Shown here one piece after another: positions 42,731 to 54,125 of a DNA stretch of 64,000 nt. Every line of letters starts with the position of its first letter. The first letter of the stretch is position 1. Origin of the DNA: Syntrophales bacterium (GTDB taxonomy: Bacteria > Desulfobacterota > Syntrophia > Syntrophales > UBA2210); the NCBI GenBank assembly GCA_963666365.2, contig CAXXNF010000002.1, positions 736,001-800,000 on the forward strand, read 5' to 3'. The translations under genes and the position numbers were made by a program. The notes under the pieces were generated by a model. That model searched no databases. It was not told the origin of the DNA and was given only the letters and a program-made list of their open reading frames with translations.

Positions 42731-43108
42731 CTATCGTTCCAAAATCACAACTGCAGACGCATAGTGAATCGTATGAGTGATACTGACGTGCACGGCTGTC
42801 GCATTTATCCGCTTCATGGCATTTTCTGCGGCACCCTGGAGCCGTAGAGAAGGCTTCCCCCGTGCATCAAGCGCTACCTCGATTTGATTGAATGGAATCC
42901 CGTCGCCTATTCCACAGCCGAGACATTTCAAAAAGGCTTCTTTCACAGCAAAACGTGCCGCGTAGTGCTGAGAGGGGTGTGATGTGCATGCACAATACAG
43001 CTGCTCATCCGTCCCGTAGATTTTTTTAGTGAAGCGATCACCCCAGCGTGCGATGATCTTCTCAATTCTTTCCACTTCCACGAGATCAATCCCGAGACCG
43101 CAGATCAC
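42731..43108 (-). CDS. acpS: Holo-ACP synthase
   Basis: GLGIDLVE, ARFAVKEA, VSITH. Confidence 0.95.
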   Translation of the reverse strand: MICGLGIDLVEVERIEKIIARWGDRFTKKIYGTDEQLYCACTSHPSQHYAARFAVKEAFLKCLGCGIGDGIPFNQIEVALDARGKPSLRLQGAAENAMKRINATAVHVSITHTIHYASAVVILER

Positions 43109-43109
43109 A

Positions 43110-44303
43110 TTAACTCCTCACAATTGCATCGGTCACCGCGGCCACGTTCTTCATGGCCGCCACGTCGTGCACCCGTACGATATGCGCCCCGTGAATAATG
43201 GATGCCGCAACGGTCGCCGCCGTTCCTTCCACACGTTCCCTGGGTTCACCTCCGGTAATGCGGCGGATAAAACCCTTACGGGACGTCCCGATCAAGATCG
43301 GCCGTCCCAGCGTCCTGAATTCTTCCAAGCGCTTGATAAGTCTAAAATTGTCTTCGGCTGTTTTACCGAATCCGATGCCGGGATCAATAATAATACGTTC
43401 TCTCTCAATACCGAGTAACTGCGCCGCCTCAATGCGCTCACGCAGAAAATTGATAATATCGCCGCAGAGCGAATGATAGTTCAGATCGTTCTGCTGCATT
43501 GTCTTCGGCGTTCCCCTCATGTGCATCAACACCACCGGAACTCCCGACGCAGCAACAACGTTTCCCATTGCCTCATCGTCACGAAGTGCACTGATATCAT
43601 TAATCATCTCCGCCCCTTCGTCCACAGCGGCCCGCGCCACCTGCGCCTTGCGTGTATCCACGGATATGGGCACACGCACCGTGGATTTTAACGCCTTTAC
43701 CAGGGGAACAACCCGTTTCAATTCATCGGATAACGGCACGGAATCTGAACCGGGCCTCGTCGACTCGCCTCCCACATCGATGATATCCGCACCCTCCTCC
43801 TCCATCTGCGATGCACGGGCAATCGCTTTTTCAAGAGAATCGTAATGACCGCCGTCGGAAAAAGAATCGGGAGTCACATTGACAATTCCCATGACAAGCG
43901 TCCGTTCTCCGATAGAAATTTCTCTTTCAGGAGTTTTTATTAAAAAAGAGTTTCGCGATGTGTTTTCTATGGAATCCTTTATTTGTTCGGCAATTGCCTT
44001 CATGCCGAAGGGTTGCCGTTCTATTTTTTTTATAAATCTCTCAATCTGTTTTACCGTTCCCATTACAACGGCATCGGTTGTTTCTATGCTGCAGTCGACG
44101 GTACCCCGTGCAACCGCCACATCTCCTCCCAGGGAAAGCATTTCCTGCTTCATGATATTTGCAACCTTGCAGGCAAGCCCTTCAAGCGCAAGGACAAAGT
44201 GCTGCATTTTCGGAAGCATTGCGGTAATTCCGTAAGGATCTACGCCTACCCTTTTAAGCTCCTCAAGGGCATCTTCTTTTGAAGTGAGGTGAAGGACACG
44301 CAT
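43110..44303 (-). CDS. folP: Dihydropteroate synthase with N-terminal extension
   Basis: GIVNVTPDSFSDGG, GGESTRPG, DPGIGFGK, SRK, VRVHDV; probable ATG at 44303. Confidence 0.95.
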   Translation of the reverse strand: MRVLHLTSKEDALEELKRVGVDPYGITAMLPKMQHFVLALEGLACKVANIMKQEMLSLGGDVAVARGTVDCSIETTDAVVMGTVKQIERFIKKIERQPFGMKAIAEQIKDSIENTSRNSFLIKTPEREISIGERTLVMGIVNVTPDSFSDGGHYDSLEKAIARASQMEEEGADIIDVGGESTRPGSDSVPLSDELKRVVPLVKALKSTVRVPISVDTRKAQVARAAVDEGAEMINDISALRDDEAMGNVVAASGVPVVLMHMRGTPKTMQQNDLNYHSLCGDIINFLRERIEAAQLLGIERERIIIDPGIGFGKTAEDNFRLIKRLEEFRTLGRPILIGTSRKGFIRRITGGEPRERVEGTAATVAASIIHGAHIVRVHDVAAMKNVAAVTDAIVRS

Positions 44304-44533
44304 TTCCCTTTTTCTTTCATCATTGCCTATGTCACGACTGTGTTTACAAAATCCCGCCGACACCCTTGGGAAGAATTGAAGGACTGATACCGCCTCTTCC
44401 CTTTCAAACTGTTGTCAACGGGACAAGATCACATTATTCAGTTCGCATAATGCAGGCACAGGACTGTGCGCCCGGCTCTCATATCAATCACGCCTGGACG
44501 TGCCGTTTCATCTGACGTCCAGAGGCGCCTCCT

Positions 44534-46372
44534 CTACACTGCCGTCTCCCTCTCCGGGGCTTGCTGTCGATCGGAGTCCCCTTCAGTGCTCATTCCCACA
44601 AGTGCATCAAGTTCTTCAGTGTTGAGGACCTCTTTTACGAGAAGTTCCTGTGCAAGCTTCTCGAGGATATCGATGTGATCGGAAAGGAGTTTCTTTGCCC
44701 GGGTGTAATTGTCCCGCACCACCTTCGACACTTCTGCGTCAATTTTCTGTGCCGTCTGTTCACTGTAGTCTCTGTGCGTGGCAATTTCTCTTCCCAGGAA
44801 AATTTCCTCATCTTTTTTTCCATAAGTCAGCGGGCCCATTTCTTCGCTCATGCCCCACTCGCACACCATTTTCCTGGCGAGCTCTGTGGCCCTTTCTATG
44901 TCGTTTCCGGCGCCGGTGGTAAAATCCTTCAGGATCAGCTCTTCGGCGGCCCTGCCCCCGAGAAGAATTGCGATATTATTAACAAGAAACTTCCTGGGAT
45001 AGGTGTGCTTATCCTCTACGGGCAGCTGCTGCGTCAATCCAAGCGCCCTGCCGCGGGGAATGATTGTCACCTTGTGAATGGGGTCTGTTCCGGGGATCAG
45101 TTTTGCCACAAGTGCATGGCCTGCTTCATGGTAGGCGGTACCCCGCTTTTCTTCATCGCTGATTACCATGCTTCTCCGTTCGGACCCCATGAGCACTTTA
45201 TCCTTGGCAAATTCAAAATCCGCCATAGTGACCTGATCATTGTTCTGTCGTGCAGCCCTCAAGGCCGCCTCGTTTATCAGGTTTTCGATATCGGCGCCGG
45301 AAAATCCGGGGGTGCCGCGTGCAATGATTCCAAGATTGACATCAGTGGCAAGAGGCACCTTTTTTGCGTGGACATGGAAAATTTTTTCTCTTCCCTTTAC
45401 ATCGGGCAGCGGTACTACCACCTGCCGGTCGAAGCGACCGGGCCTCAGCAGTGCGGGATCGAGCACATCGGGTCTGTTTGTCGCCGACATGATAATGACC
45501 CCCTCGTTGGACTCAAAACCGTCCATCTCCACCAGAAGCTGATTCAGGGTTTGCTCCCGCTCGTCATGTCCTCCGCCGAGACCGGCGCCGCGGTGCCGCC
45601 CCACGGCATCAAGCTCGTCGATGAATATTATGCAGGGGGCGTTTTTCTTCCCCTGCGTAAAGAGGTCGCGTACACGGGATGCCCCGACGCCGACAAACAT
45701 TTCCACAAAGTCGGAACCGCTGATGCTTAAAAAGGGAACACCCGCCTCTCCGGCAATCGCCCTGCCCAGGAGCGTTTTTCCTGTGCCGGGAGGTCCTACG
45801 AGCAGTACGCCTTTCGGTATCCGTCCTCCCAGTTTTGTAAATTTCTTAGGATCACTGAGGAATTCAACTACTTCCTCCAGTTCCGCTTTCGCCTCATCGA
45901 TGCCCGCCACATCATTGAAGGTGACTTTCTTTGACTTATCCGTCATCAGGCGGGCCCTGCTTTTCCCGAATGACATGGCTTTTCCGCCGCCCGACTGCAT
46001 CTGGCGCATGAAAAATACCCACACACCTACAAGAAGAATAATCGGCAGCCAGGAAATGAGAATCGTCATGTACCAGGAGGTGCCCTCCGCCGGTTTCGCG
46101 GCGATGCGCACTCCTTTTTCCCTCAGGAGGGGCACAAAGGTTGAACCGGGAGGCACATACGTTTTAAAGGTCTTGCCGTCAATCATTCTTCCCGATACCG
46201 TCTCGCCCTGTATCGTCACTTCCGCAACCTGTCCTTTTTCCACAAGACTGAGCAGATCGCTGTAAACGATACCGTCATCCTTGCCCTGGGGTTGATTAAA
46301 CATATGGAACAGAAATATAAACACCAGACATACCACGATCCACATGGCAATATTTTTTTGCAATTGATTCAC
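44534..46372 (-). CDS. ftsH: ATP-dependent zinc metalloprotease FtsH
   Basis: Two TM segments, [20 protein letters not shown]. Confidence 0.98.
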   Translation of the reverse strand: MNQLQKNIAMWIVVCLVFIFLFHMFNQPQGKDDGIVYSDLLSLVEKGQVAEVTIQGETVSGRMIDGKTFKTYVPPGSTFVPLLREKGVRIAAKPAEGTSWYMTILISWLPIILLVGVWVFFMRQMQSGGGKAMSFGKSRARLMTDKSKKVTFNDVAGIDEAKAELEEVVEFLSDPKKFTKLGGRIPKGVLLVGPPGTGKTLLGRAIAGEAGVPFLSISGSDFVEMFVGVGASRVRDLFTQGKKNAPCIIFIDELDAVGRHRGAGLGGGHDEREQTLNQLLVEMDGFESNEGVIIMSATNRPDVLDPALLRPGRFDRQVVVPLPDVKGREKIFHVHAKKVPLATDVNLGIIARGTPGFSGADIENLINEAALRAARQNNDQVTMADFEFAKDKVLMGSERRSMVISDEEKRGTAYHEAGHALVAKLIPGTDPIHKVTIIPRGRALGLTQQLPVEDKHTYPRKFLVNNIAILLGGRAAEELILKDFTTGAGNDIERATELARKMVCEWGMSEEMGPLTYGKKDEEIFLGREIATHRDYSEQTAQKIDAEVSKVVRDNYTRAKKLLSDHIDILEKLAQELLVKEVLNTEELDALVGMSTEGDSDRQQAPERETAV

Positions 46373-46430
46373 CTGTTTTTTTGCTCCTTTTTGATTCAGG
46401 ACCTTCCTTAAACAGAAATTAACTAAAATT

Positions 46431-47852
46431 TCAAATTATTTCTGCTTTTAATATTTTTTTCGTCGCCGACGTCACCTTGACCCTGTCGCTGAGACATACT
46501 CCCGCAACCCAGACAATCGATTTCCCGTCCTCTATGACCGGGATTCGACTGCGACGATATCGGGGAATCTTCCTATCAATGAACATCGATTTTATCTTTT
46601 TTGTTCCCTTCATGCCCAGGGGTTGCACGGTATCGCCCAATCTGACATTACGCACCCGAAGAGGAAATTCAAGTGTAGCGCAATCCATAAAAACACGTTC
46701 CGGCATTGTGAAATCAACTGCCGCCGCATCAACGATCCCGCAGACAATGGACCGTGAAATCTCCCTTATCGCCACAACAGCGGACATCTGTAAAGTATAA
46801 CAGAATTGAGGCGCCGCTTCTGTTGCCGTTTTTTCAGCGCCCCTGCCCTCATTCCCTCCCCTTTCGAACACAAGGCGGTCGTATTCTCTCCGCACCCTGA
46901 CGTCTCCGCCGATATGCACGACCCCCTGCGGTTTTCCGCCCTGAAGAAAGTCGATTACCGCCTTCACGTGGCGATATTCCGCGTTATGTTTTGCGTCGGA
47001 TACAGTCCCGATGAGGCGGCGTATAATACGGCGCTGCAAGGCAGTATGAATACTCTTGAATTCATTGACACTTACCGCGGGGGAGAATGTGCCATTCGCC
47101 ACATCCCACTCCGCCAGCAACTTCTCCACTTTCAAATTGAGATATTCTTCCTCCATCCGCAGTACATTGACCATCTGCCCGATATTTCTAAGCAACTGAG
47201 GGTTATATGATTGTACCAGCTCGGGCAGTATTTTTTTACGCACCCGGTTTCTCAGGTACCGTTCATCCTCGTTCGTTGAATCGGACACATGGCACACACA
47301 CGTTTCCTGAAGAAACGCAATGACTTCCGCCCGCGTCGTTTCAATCAGGGGACGGATATAAAACCCGTCCCGCACAGGCAGCATTCCCCTCAATCCACTC
47401 AATCCGGCGCCCCGCATCACCTTCATGAGTACTGTTTCCGCCTGATCATCCAAGGTATGTCCCAGGGCAATCTTTGTCAATCCCCGGAGATATTTTATCT
47501 GATTGAAGTACTTGTAGCGCTCATTCCTTGCAAGATCTTCAATCGATCCTCTTACACTCTGCCGGATCTTGGGAATTGAAATATAGCGGCTGTCAACCAC
47601 TATATCCAGCTGTTCAGCAAGACTTTTTACAAACAGTTCGTCCCGGTCCGACTCATTATCGCGAAGGCCATGATTCACATGGATAATGGAGAGGGATGCA
47701 CCGTAATCGATCCCGATAGAGCGCAGCGCATGCAAGAGCGCAACAGAATCGGCGCCGCCGGAAAGGGCAATCCCGATCCGGTCGCCATTGTCGATCATTG
47801 CATGGGCCTCTACGGTTTTTTTTACTTTGCTTAGAAATCCTTCCCCCATCAC
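46431..47852 (-). CDS. tilS: tRNA(Ile)-lysidine synthetase
   Basis: [20 protein letters not shown]; upstream of ftsH. Confidence 0.96.
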   Translation of the reverse strand: MMGEGFLSKVKKTVEAHAMIDNGDRIGIALSGGADSVALLHALRSIGIDYGASLSIIHVNHGLRDNESDRDELFVKSLAEQLDIVVDSRYISIPKIRQSVRGSIEDLARNERYKYFNQIKYLRGLTKIALGHTLDDQAETVLMKVMRGAGLSGLRGMLPVRDGFYIRPLIETTRAEVIAFLQETCVCHVSDSTNEDERYLRNRVRKKILPELVQSYNPQLLRNIGQMVNVLRMEEEYLNLKVEKLLAEWDVANGTFSPAVSVNEFKSIHTALQRRIIRRLIGTVSDAKHNAEYRHVKAVIDFLQGGKPQGVVHIGGDVRVRREYDRLVFERGGNEGRGAEKTATEAAPQFCYTLQMSAVVAIREISRSIVCGIVDAAAVDFTMPERVFMDCATLEFPLRVRNVRLGDTVQPLGMKGTKKIKSMFIDRKIPRYRRSRIPVIEDGKSIVWVAGVCLSDRVKVTSATKKILKAEII

Positions 47853-47862
47853 CTGTTTCCCA

Positions 47863-48507
47863 TCAATAAAACAACCTCTGCAATTCCCCGATTTCTTCGC
47901 AACAATAATCAGGCCTGAGATTGAGCAATTCTCTGCGATGCGTCAGGCCGTTGAGAAGGGCGCAGCTCAATGCTCCTGCATTTTTTGCAAACATGATGTC
48001 ATGCACACCGTCTCCGATGACGGCGGTCGCTTTACCGGCAACCGAGAATCTATCCAGGTACGGCAGCAGAAGGCGTCTGTCCGGCTTCGTGTAGGGCTTT
48101 GAATCCATGCCCACTATTTCCTCAAAATATACTTCAATCCCGAGACCGCGAGCGATGTTAAGAGTCAGATATTCCATTTTGTTCGTGATTATTATTTTGG
48201 GGATTGCGCGAAAATGATTCAGAATGACTTCTACTCCGGGATACAATGTCGTGGTATCCAGGAGATGCGATTCATAATAGGAAAGAAAAATTTTTCTTGC
48301 TTTTTCAATGTCCTGTTTCCTTTCCTCTCCCAGGGATCGTTCGATCAGTTTCTTCACTCCGTCGCCGATGAACCGTTTCACTGTCTGTATATCAAGGGTG
48401 GGCGCGTTCAGCGTTCGCAAGGTATGATTGACGGCATCGGCAAGATCCTGCCCCGATTGTACCAGCGTCCCGTCAAAATCAAAGACCATAAAATCTATTT
48501 TTTCCAT
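47863..48507 (-). CDS. HAD hydrolase (phosphoglycolate phosphatase-like)
   Basis: FDFDGTLV, ITNK, KPD, IGD. Confidence 0.9.
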   Translation of the reverse strand: MEKIDFMVFDFDGTLVQSGQDLADAVNHTLRTLNAPTLDIQTVKRFIGDGVKKLIERSLGEERKQDIEKARKIFLSYYESHLLDTTTLYPGVEVILNHFRAIPKIIITNKMEYLTLNIARGLGIEVYFEEIVGMDSKPYTKPDRRLLLPYLDRFSVAGKATAVIGDGVHDIMFAKNAGALSCALLNGLTHRRELLNLRPDYCCEEIGELQRLFY

Positions 48508-48617
48508 TATGTATTCCTGTCGGTTGTGTAATCGCATCCCTGTGGTTCAAGTACAGCTGAATATACCATCTGTCCCCTATGTGACAAGGTTAAAATGAGC
48601 GGTGAAATTTGTTGCTG

Positions 48618-48754
48618 TTGACATAACCCGACCATCTATGGTAGGTGCGTAGATATCGCTTGGATCCAGGAACTGGACTGAGACGAAGTGGTCAGAGTGT
48701 AGAAAATGTGCCGTTTTTATAGACCCTTCCGACTTCAGTCTGAAGGGTTTTTTT
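48618..48754 (+). promoter_or_regulatory. Promoter and attenuator-like leader of pantothenate operon (possible pan RNA motif)
   Basis: TTGACA at 48618; leader with ggactgagacg; terminator gacccttc-cgacttcagtct-gaagggt followed by a T-run before the first CDS. Confidence 0.65.
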
Positions 48755-48776
48755 GTAAAAAAGGCCTCAGGTGATC

Positions 48777-49661
48777 ATGAAGAGGGATGCTATCGCCATT
48801 ATCGGGGCGGGTAAAGTTGGCACTGCCGTCGGGTACCTATTACGAACGGCGGGATACCGCATTGTTGCCCTTGCGGATCTTTCCGGTGATGCGCTGAAGC
48901 GCGGCGCCGAATACACGGGCGGGGACACCTTCACCGACCCGGCAAGGGCCTGCGCTATGGCAGATGCGGTGTTTATCACCACCGTCGATGACATGATTGC
49001 CCCGGTCTGTCGAGATCTGGCCTCCAGGGACGCCATCAAACCGGGACAGAAGGTTGTTCATATGAGCGGCGCCGGCGGGCTGGATCTTCTCGAATCCGCA
49101 CGGGCTTCAGGTGCTCTGGTGGCAAGCATCCACCCGCTTCAGTCATTTGTTGATGTGCGTGGCGTAATCGAAAATATTCCCGGAAGTACTTTCAGCATCA
49201 CCGCGCAGCAGGAAATCACCACCTGGGCGGTTCAAGTGGTAAAAGATCTTGGGGGCATTGCCTTTTTTGTCGCCGACGAGGACAAACCGCTCTACCACGC
49301 CGCCGCCTGCATTGCTTCAAACTACCTGGTTACATTGATGAACATCGTTGTCTCACTCTACGGTCGTCTGGGACTTGATCCCGAAGAGGCGGTAACAGCA
49401 TTCTGGCCTCTCGTGAAAGGCACCATCAACAATATAGAGCACCGGGGACCGCAAAAAGCACTCACGGGGCCTATTTCGCGTGGAGATGTCGAAACAATTC
49501 GAAAACATCTCGATGTCCTTCACACGAAGGCCCCTTCCACTCTTTCGTTATATGCCGAACTTGGGCTGTTAACTGTGGAAATCGGATTAAAGAACAGCTC
49601 GCTTTCGAAGGATAAAGCGGAAGAAATTCTCTCACTTTTAAAAGGAGATCATATGTCATGA
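48777..49661 (+). CDS. Rossmann-like + DUF2520 oxidoreductase (PanG-like ketopantoate reductase candidate)
   Basis: [40 protein letters not shown]-coupled to panB. Confidence 0.85.
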   Translation: MKRDAIAIIGAGKVGTAVGYLLRTAGYRIVALADLSGDALKRGAEYTGGDTFTDPARACAMADAVFITTVDDMIAPVCRDLASRDAIKPGQKVVHMSGAGGLDLLESARASGALVASIHPLQSFVDVRGVIENIPGSTFSITAQQEITTWAVQVVKDLGGIAFFVADEDKPLYHAAACIASNYLVTLMNIVVSLYGRLGLDPEEAVTAFWPLVKGTINNIEHRGPQKALTGPISRGDVETIRKHLDVLHTKAPSTLSLYAELGLLTVEIGLKNSSLSKDKAEEILSLLKGDHMS

Positions 49662-50476
49662 GTACACAGGGAGAAATGCGTACCATTACTACCGCCGTGG
49701 TAAAGGAAATGAAGAAAAAAGGCGAAAAAATAACCATGCTCACCGCCTATGATTTCAGTATGGCCGCTGTGATGGATGAAATCGGCATCGACATGATTCT
49801 GGTGGGAGATTCTCTGGGAATGGTGGTGCTGGGATACGACAGCACGCTCCCCGTCACAATGGATGATATGATTCATCACACGAAAACCGTTACCCGTGCA
49901 ACGAAACGAATCATGGTCATTGCCGATATGCCATTCATGTCCTATCAGGCTTCTCTTGACGACGCCATTGTAAATGCAGGACGGCTCCTGAAGGAGGCGG
50001 GCGCCCAGGGAATCAAGCTTGAGGGTGGTGAAGAAATTGCCGAAAAGGTGCGAAGGATCAGCGCCGCCGGCATCCCCGTAATGGGCCATCTGGGTTTGAC
50101 GCCCCAGTCGGTTCATCAATTCGGAGGCTACAAGGTGCAGGGAAAACAGAGCGACGCCGCCCAAAAGATGGTCAATGATGCAAAAATCCTTGAAGAATCT
50201 GGCGCCTTTTCAGTGGTGCTTGAATGCATCCCCTCAGAACTGGGCAGAAAGATCAGTGAATCACTCTCCATTCCGACTATCGGTATCGGCGCGGGTCCTC
50301 ACTGCGACGGGCAGGTGCTTGTGGTACACGACATGCTCGGCATGTATGATAAATTTACCCCGAAATTTGTAAAAAAATACGCCGATCTGAACAGCAAGAT
50401 GAAAAAGGCTTTCAAGGAATACATTGAGGAGGTTAAGTCGGGCGCGTTCCCGGGTCCCGAACATTCATTCAAGTAA
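49658..50476 (+). CDS. panB: 3-methyl-2-oxobutanoate hydroxymethyltransferase
   Basis: [30 protein letters not shown]. Confidence 0.97.
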   Translation: MSTQGEMRTITTAVVKEMKKKGEKITMLTAYDFSMAAVMDEIGIDMILVGDSLGMVVLGYDSTLPVTMDDMIHHTKTVTRATKRIMVIADMPFMSYQASLDDAIVNAGRLLKEAGAQGIKLEGGEEIAEKVRRISAAGIPVMGHLGLTPQSVHQFGGYKVQGKQSDAAQKMVNDAKILEESGAFSVVLECIPSELGRKISESLSIPTIGIGAGPHCDGQVLVVHDMLGMYDKFTPKFVKKYADLNSKMKKAFKEYIEEVKSGAFPGPEHSFK

Positions 50477-50498
50477 TCGTCACGGATAAGGTGCGCCT

Positions 50499-51293
50499 TC
50501 ATGTATTTTTTCTACTGAAGGCGCGCACCGCTTCGAAGAATTCCGGCGCGAAACAGCAAATGCTCTGATTCCGGTTTTCCATCTCAATGGCCATTTCAAG
50601 CGATTGTGCGTCAATATTCTGATTGAGAACTTCTTTGGTAAAGCGCAATCCCATGGGACTTTTTTCCAGCATACGACGCGCCGTTTCCATGGCCTTTTCT
50701 ATAAGATGTTCCCCATCGATAACAGTGGTTACCAGCCCGATGCGCTCCGCCTCTCTCGCCCCAACCGTGCGCCCGGTCAGTAGTATTTCCGATGACCGAG
50801 GCATTCCGACGGCCCGTGGTAAAAAATAGGAGGTTCCCATTTCACCTCCCGAAAGGCCGATATTGATGAAGGAAGGAGTAAATGTCGCCTCTTCACTGGC
50901 AACAATAACATCCGATGCCAGGGCGAGGCTCATGCCGCCTCCTGCGGCCGGACCGTTAACGGCGGCGATTATGGGCTGCGGCAAACGGCGCAATTCCAGT
51001 ACACGGTCGGCATATTTTTTCTGAATGTTGACCAGATGCATTGCCGGATTTGAAAACAATGAGGGATCAACCTCATCCTTCAGATCGGCACCAGCACAGA
51101 AGCCTCTTCCCTTCCCTGTAAGAATCAGCACCCGCACGATGGTGTTGTGCTGAAGGGAGTTAAAGAGTTCTTGAAAATCATCAAGCATACCCATATTAAG
51201 CGCATTGAGCCGTTCCTGACGGTTGAGCGTTATGATTCCGATGCCCTCTTCGAGTTCTTCAAACAATATCGTATCCAGTTTCATGCTCGTCAT
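50499..51293 (-). CDS. Enoyl-CoA hydratase/isomerase family
   Basis: FCAGADL, GPAAGGGMSLALASD. Confidence 0.92.
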   Translation of the reverse strand: MTSMKLDTILFEELEEGIGIITLNRQERLNALNMGMLDDFQELFNSLQHNTIVRVLILTGKGRGFCAGADLKDEVDPSLFSNPAMHLVNIQKKYADRVLELRRLPQPIIAAVNGPAAGGGMSLALASDVIVASEEATFTPSFINIGLSGGEMGTSYFLPRAVGMPRSSEILLTGRTVGAREAERIGLVTTVIDGEHLIEKAMETARRMLEKSPMGLRFTKEVLNQNIDAQSLEMAIEMENRNQSICCFAPEFFEAVRAFSRKNT

Positions 51294-51366
51294 CCCTTCT
51301 AAGTAAGTCGACGCGGCAGCGCCGCTTACTTTTAATTATATTGATTAATTAGTCATCATAAGGAGC

Positions 51367-51468
51367 TTCTAAGCAACTGAATCATTTTCTCCCGCAAGAC
51401 GCCAAGAGGCAGAGAGATCATTTTTTATTTCCTCTTGTTCCCAGCGCCCCTGCGCCTCTGCGCGAAAT
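51367..51468. repeat. ~100 bp dispersed repeat, copy 2
   Basis: caactgaatcattttctcccgcaagacgcc...cctgcgcctctgcgcgaa; inverted relative to 1538-1640. Confidence 0.8.
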
Positions 51469-51809
51469 TCTTTTTTCCTATACGCTGTCTGAGCGCAACG
51501 CGCGAGTTCGCCGGGACGGCTTCGCGAGACGCTGCATGGTTGAAACACCTGTCTGTGCCGGGCGCCGGATCATTCCCCTCAACGACATCAACTGAGAAAG
51601 AATGCAGCCTGGGGAACAGTGATGCCCGCCTCATGTACTTTTCACTATAATGCCGGTCCGTCGGCATGGGGAGCTTTTTATTCTTCCGAACAGCTTCGTC
51701 GATACGTGCCCCTCAGCCTCATCCGGTCATATGCCCATACACCAATTGAGCATTCCTTCCTCTGCACAACTCCGGTCCCAGGCGAAAACAATTTATATAA
51801 AGTACCTTT

Positions 51810-53069
51810 TCATCGGTCCTTTTGCAAAATTATGACCGAGCATGCGGCTTCCTCCAGTCCCATAACTCCGCCACCATTTTCCTGGAGCGCAAATTCGGCA
51901 TTTTTAATCTGCCGCGGACCTGCCTCACCGCGCAGTTGAGTTACTAATTCGTATATCATTGAAAGTCCGGTTGCACCGATGGGATGCCCCTTTGACACAA
52001 GTCCGCCCGAAGTATTGATGGGAATCTTTCCATCCAAGGCCGTTGCACCCGATTCCACAAATTTCCCCCCTTCGCCAATGGGACAGAATCCCATCATTTC
52101 GGACTGGTAGATTTCACAAAAAGAACAGGCGTCGTGTATCTCTGCAACATCAATATCTTCCGGTCCTATGTTCGAGAGAGCATAGGCCTGATCAGCGGCA
52201 ATCTTGCTCAGACTCGGTTCATCGGCATCGCGATACTTTCCCCCTGTCAACACCGTGGCGAGAACCTTAACTGCCCGATTTTGAACACTTGAAGGAAGCT
52301 CGTTCAGATACTCGCCACTACAGAGAATGACGGCTGCAGCGCCGTCTCCAATGGGGGAACACATTGAGCGGGTCAACGGATAACTGACCTCCCTGTCGGC
52401 AAGTACCTTTTCGACAGGCACTTCGAATTGATACTGAGCCTTCGGGTTCAAAGAACCGTTATAATGGTTTTTTGAGGCGCCTACTGCGATTTGTCGCTGG
52501 GTAGTCCCATATTTCTTCATGTGGTAACATGCCTGGATCGCGTAGGTATCCATAAACACTGTATGAGACCCAATCTCCGGGTCCCATTTCTTTCCGCATT
52601 TAGCCGCCGTGTCCATATAAACTTTTATCCATTGCTCCTTATCGAACTGATCAATCCCGTTTTGAAACCCCTTAAATATTAACTGGGGATCGACATCGGG
52701 ATGAAATATTTTGTCAACACCGATAGCGATGGATATATCACTGAAACCGCTTTGTATATCTTTCCATGCACCGTTAAGCGCCATAGATCCCGTTGCACAG
52801 GCGCTTTCAATGTTGAAAATTGGGACTCGCTCCGGAAAAAGCCCTTCCTGCACCAATGGACTAAAGCATACTTGGCCACCGATATTGCCCTGCTGCCATG
52901 CTGCCATTGAGGTACTCCCAAACCAGACGCATTTGAATTCATTGCCACTTTCTATCCCTGCATCTTTAAGAACTTGTAAGTAGGCATCGCGTGTTAGTTG
53001 TTTGTACGTTTTATCTGGCCATTTTTTAAATTGTGTGGAACAGGAACCGATAATATACACATCTTTCAT
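51810..53069 (-). CDS. Thiolase, SCP2-type
   Basis: ESACATGS, CSPIGDGAAA, EIHDAC, SGGLVSKGHPIGATG. Confidence 0.92.
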   Translation of the reverse strand: MKDVYIIGSCSTQFKKWPDKTYKQLTRDAYLQVLKDAGIESGNEFKCVWFGSTSMAAWQQGNIGGQVCFSPLVQEGLFPERVPIFNIESACATGSMALNGAWKDIQSGFSDISIAIGVDKIFHPDVDPQLIFKGFQNGIDQFDKEQWIKVYMDTAAKCGKKWDPEIGSHTVFMDTYAIQACYHMKKYGTTQRQIAVGASKNHYNGSLNPKAQYQFEVPVEKVLADREVSYPLTRSMCSPIGDGAAAVILCSGEYLNELPSSVQNRAVKVLATVLTGGKYRDADEPSLSKIAADQAYALSNIGPEDIDVAEIHDACSFCEIYQSEMMGFCPIGEGGKFVESGATALDGKIPINTSGGLVSKGHPIGATGLSMIYELVTQLRGEAGPRQIKNAEFALQENGGGVMGLEEAACSVIILQKDR

Positions 53070-53377
53070 GCTGCCCCCCCCTTTTTTGAATTTAATTCAC
53101 GGTACAATAAAAAAATCAGTCAAATTTATAAAGCCTTCTATTAATATGTGCAAGAGGGGATATTGAAAAAAGAGGGATCAATAATCTTTACGGTCTGCGT
53201 AACATTCCATTTGTAAACAAGGGCGCTTCTTCGCAAAAGAATATTGTGAGAGAGAATGTATTGTGGACCCTGGGGTTCGTAAATTTTAAACAATTTTTAT
53301 ACTTGCCATATTTTGAATAATCACTTATAAGGTTACACTCTTCTTGGAAAATTCCTCTTTGAAAGGAGTCTTATACC

Positions 53378-54049
53378 ATGAATATTCTGATTTTCGGACC
53401 CAATGGAAGCGGCAAGGGAACCCAGGGCGCTATTGTGCAAAAGAAATTCGGTGTGCCCCACATAGAAACGGGCGTCATATTCAGACAGAATATCAAAGGC
53501 GGCACTGAACTCGGAAAAAAGGCGAAAGAGTATATCGACAAGGGTGAGTTGGTACCTGATGACATCACCATTCCCATGATCCTGAACAGGCTGAAAGAAG
53601 CGGATTGCGCACAGGGATGGCTGCTGGACGGATTCCCCAGGAATCTTGCGCAGGCAGAGGCGATGTACGAGGCGCTTCAAAAAGAGAACATTGCCCTGGA
53701 TTACGTCATTGAAATCGAGCTTGACCGGGGAACCTCGAAGAATCGCATTATGGGAAGACGTCTCTGTGCAAACGACAATAACCATCCGAACAATATTTAT
53801 ATCGATGCAATAAAACCGGTGGAAAAAGACGGAACTTTTGTGTGTCGAGTCTGCGGCGGTGAACTCTCAACGCGGGCTGACGACCAGGACGAGGCAGCAA
53901 TAGATAAACGCCATAATATTTATTACGACACCGAAACGGGAACTATGGCGGCGATCAATTATTTCAAGGAACGGGTAAAGGTCATCGGAGTAGATGGACT
54001 GCCGGGCGTCAAGGAAGTTTCAGAGGATCTTCTGAGCAAACTTGGGTAA
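53378..54049 (+). CDS. adk: Adenylate kinase
   Basis: GPNGSGKGTQ, LDGFPR, metal-binding LID C..H..CxxC. Confidence 0.96.
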   Translation: MNILIFGPNGSGKGTQGAIVQKKFGVPHIETGVIFRQNIKGGTELGKKAKEYIDKGELVPDDITIPMILNRLKEADCAQGWLLDGFPRNLAQAEAMYEALQKENIALDYVIEIELDRGTSKNRIMGRRLCANDNNHPNNIYIDAIKPVEKDGTFVCRVCGGELSTRADDQDEAAIDKRHNIYYDTETGTMAAINYFKERVKVIGVDGLPGVKEVSEDLLSKLG

Positions 54050-54072
54050 CAGCATCCTATCGGATTAATGCA

Positions 54073-54106
54073 GAAAAGCCTTCCTTTCCATCGGAAGGCT
54101 TTTTTT
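54073..54106 (+). terminator. Terminator after adk
   Basis: aaaagccttcc...ggaaggctttttt. Confidence 0.75.
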
Positions 54107-54125
54107 GACATCACAAACATGGTAT

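Noticed and set aside
44304..44533. Folate- or ZTP-type riboswitch upstream of folP
   Set aside because: Only a short agtcgtgac resemblance; the remaining conserved elements were not found.
44561..45730. 389-aa plus-strand ORF
   Set aside because: Antisense shadow of ftsH.
51425..51667. 80-aa minus-strand ORF between thiolase and crotonase
   Set aside because: No clear RBS or motif, and it runs into the dispersed repeat.
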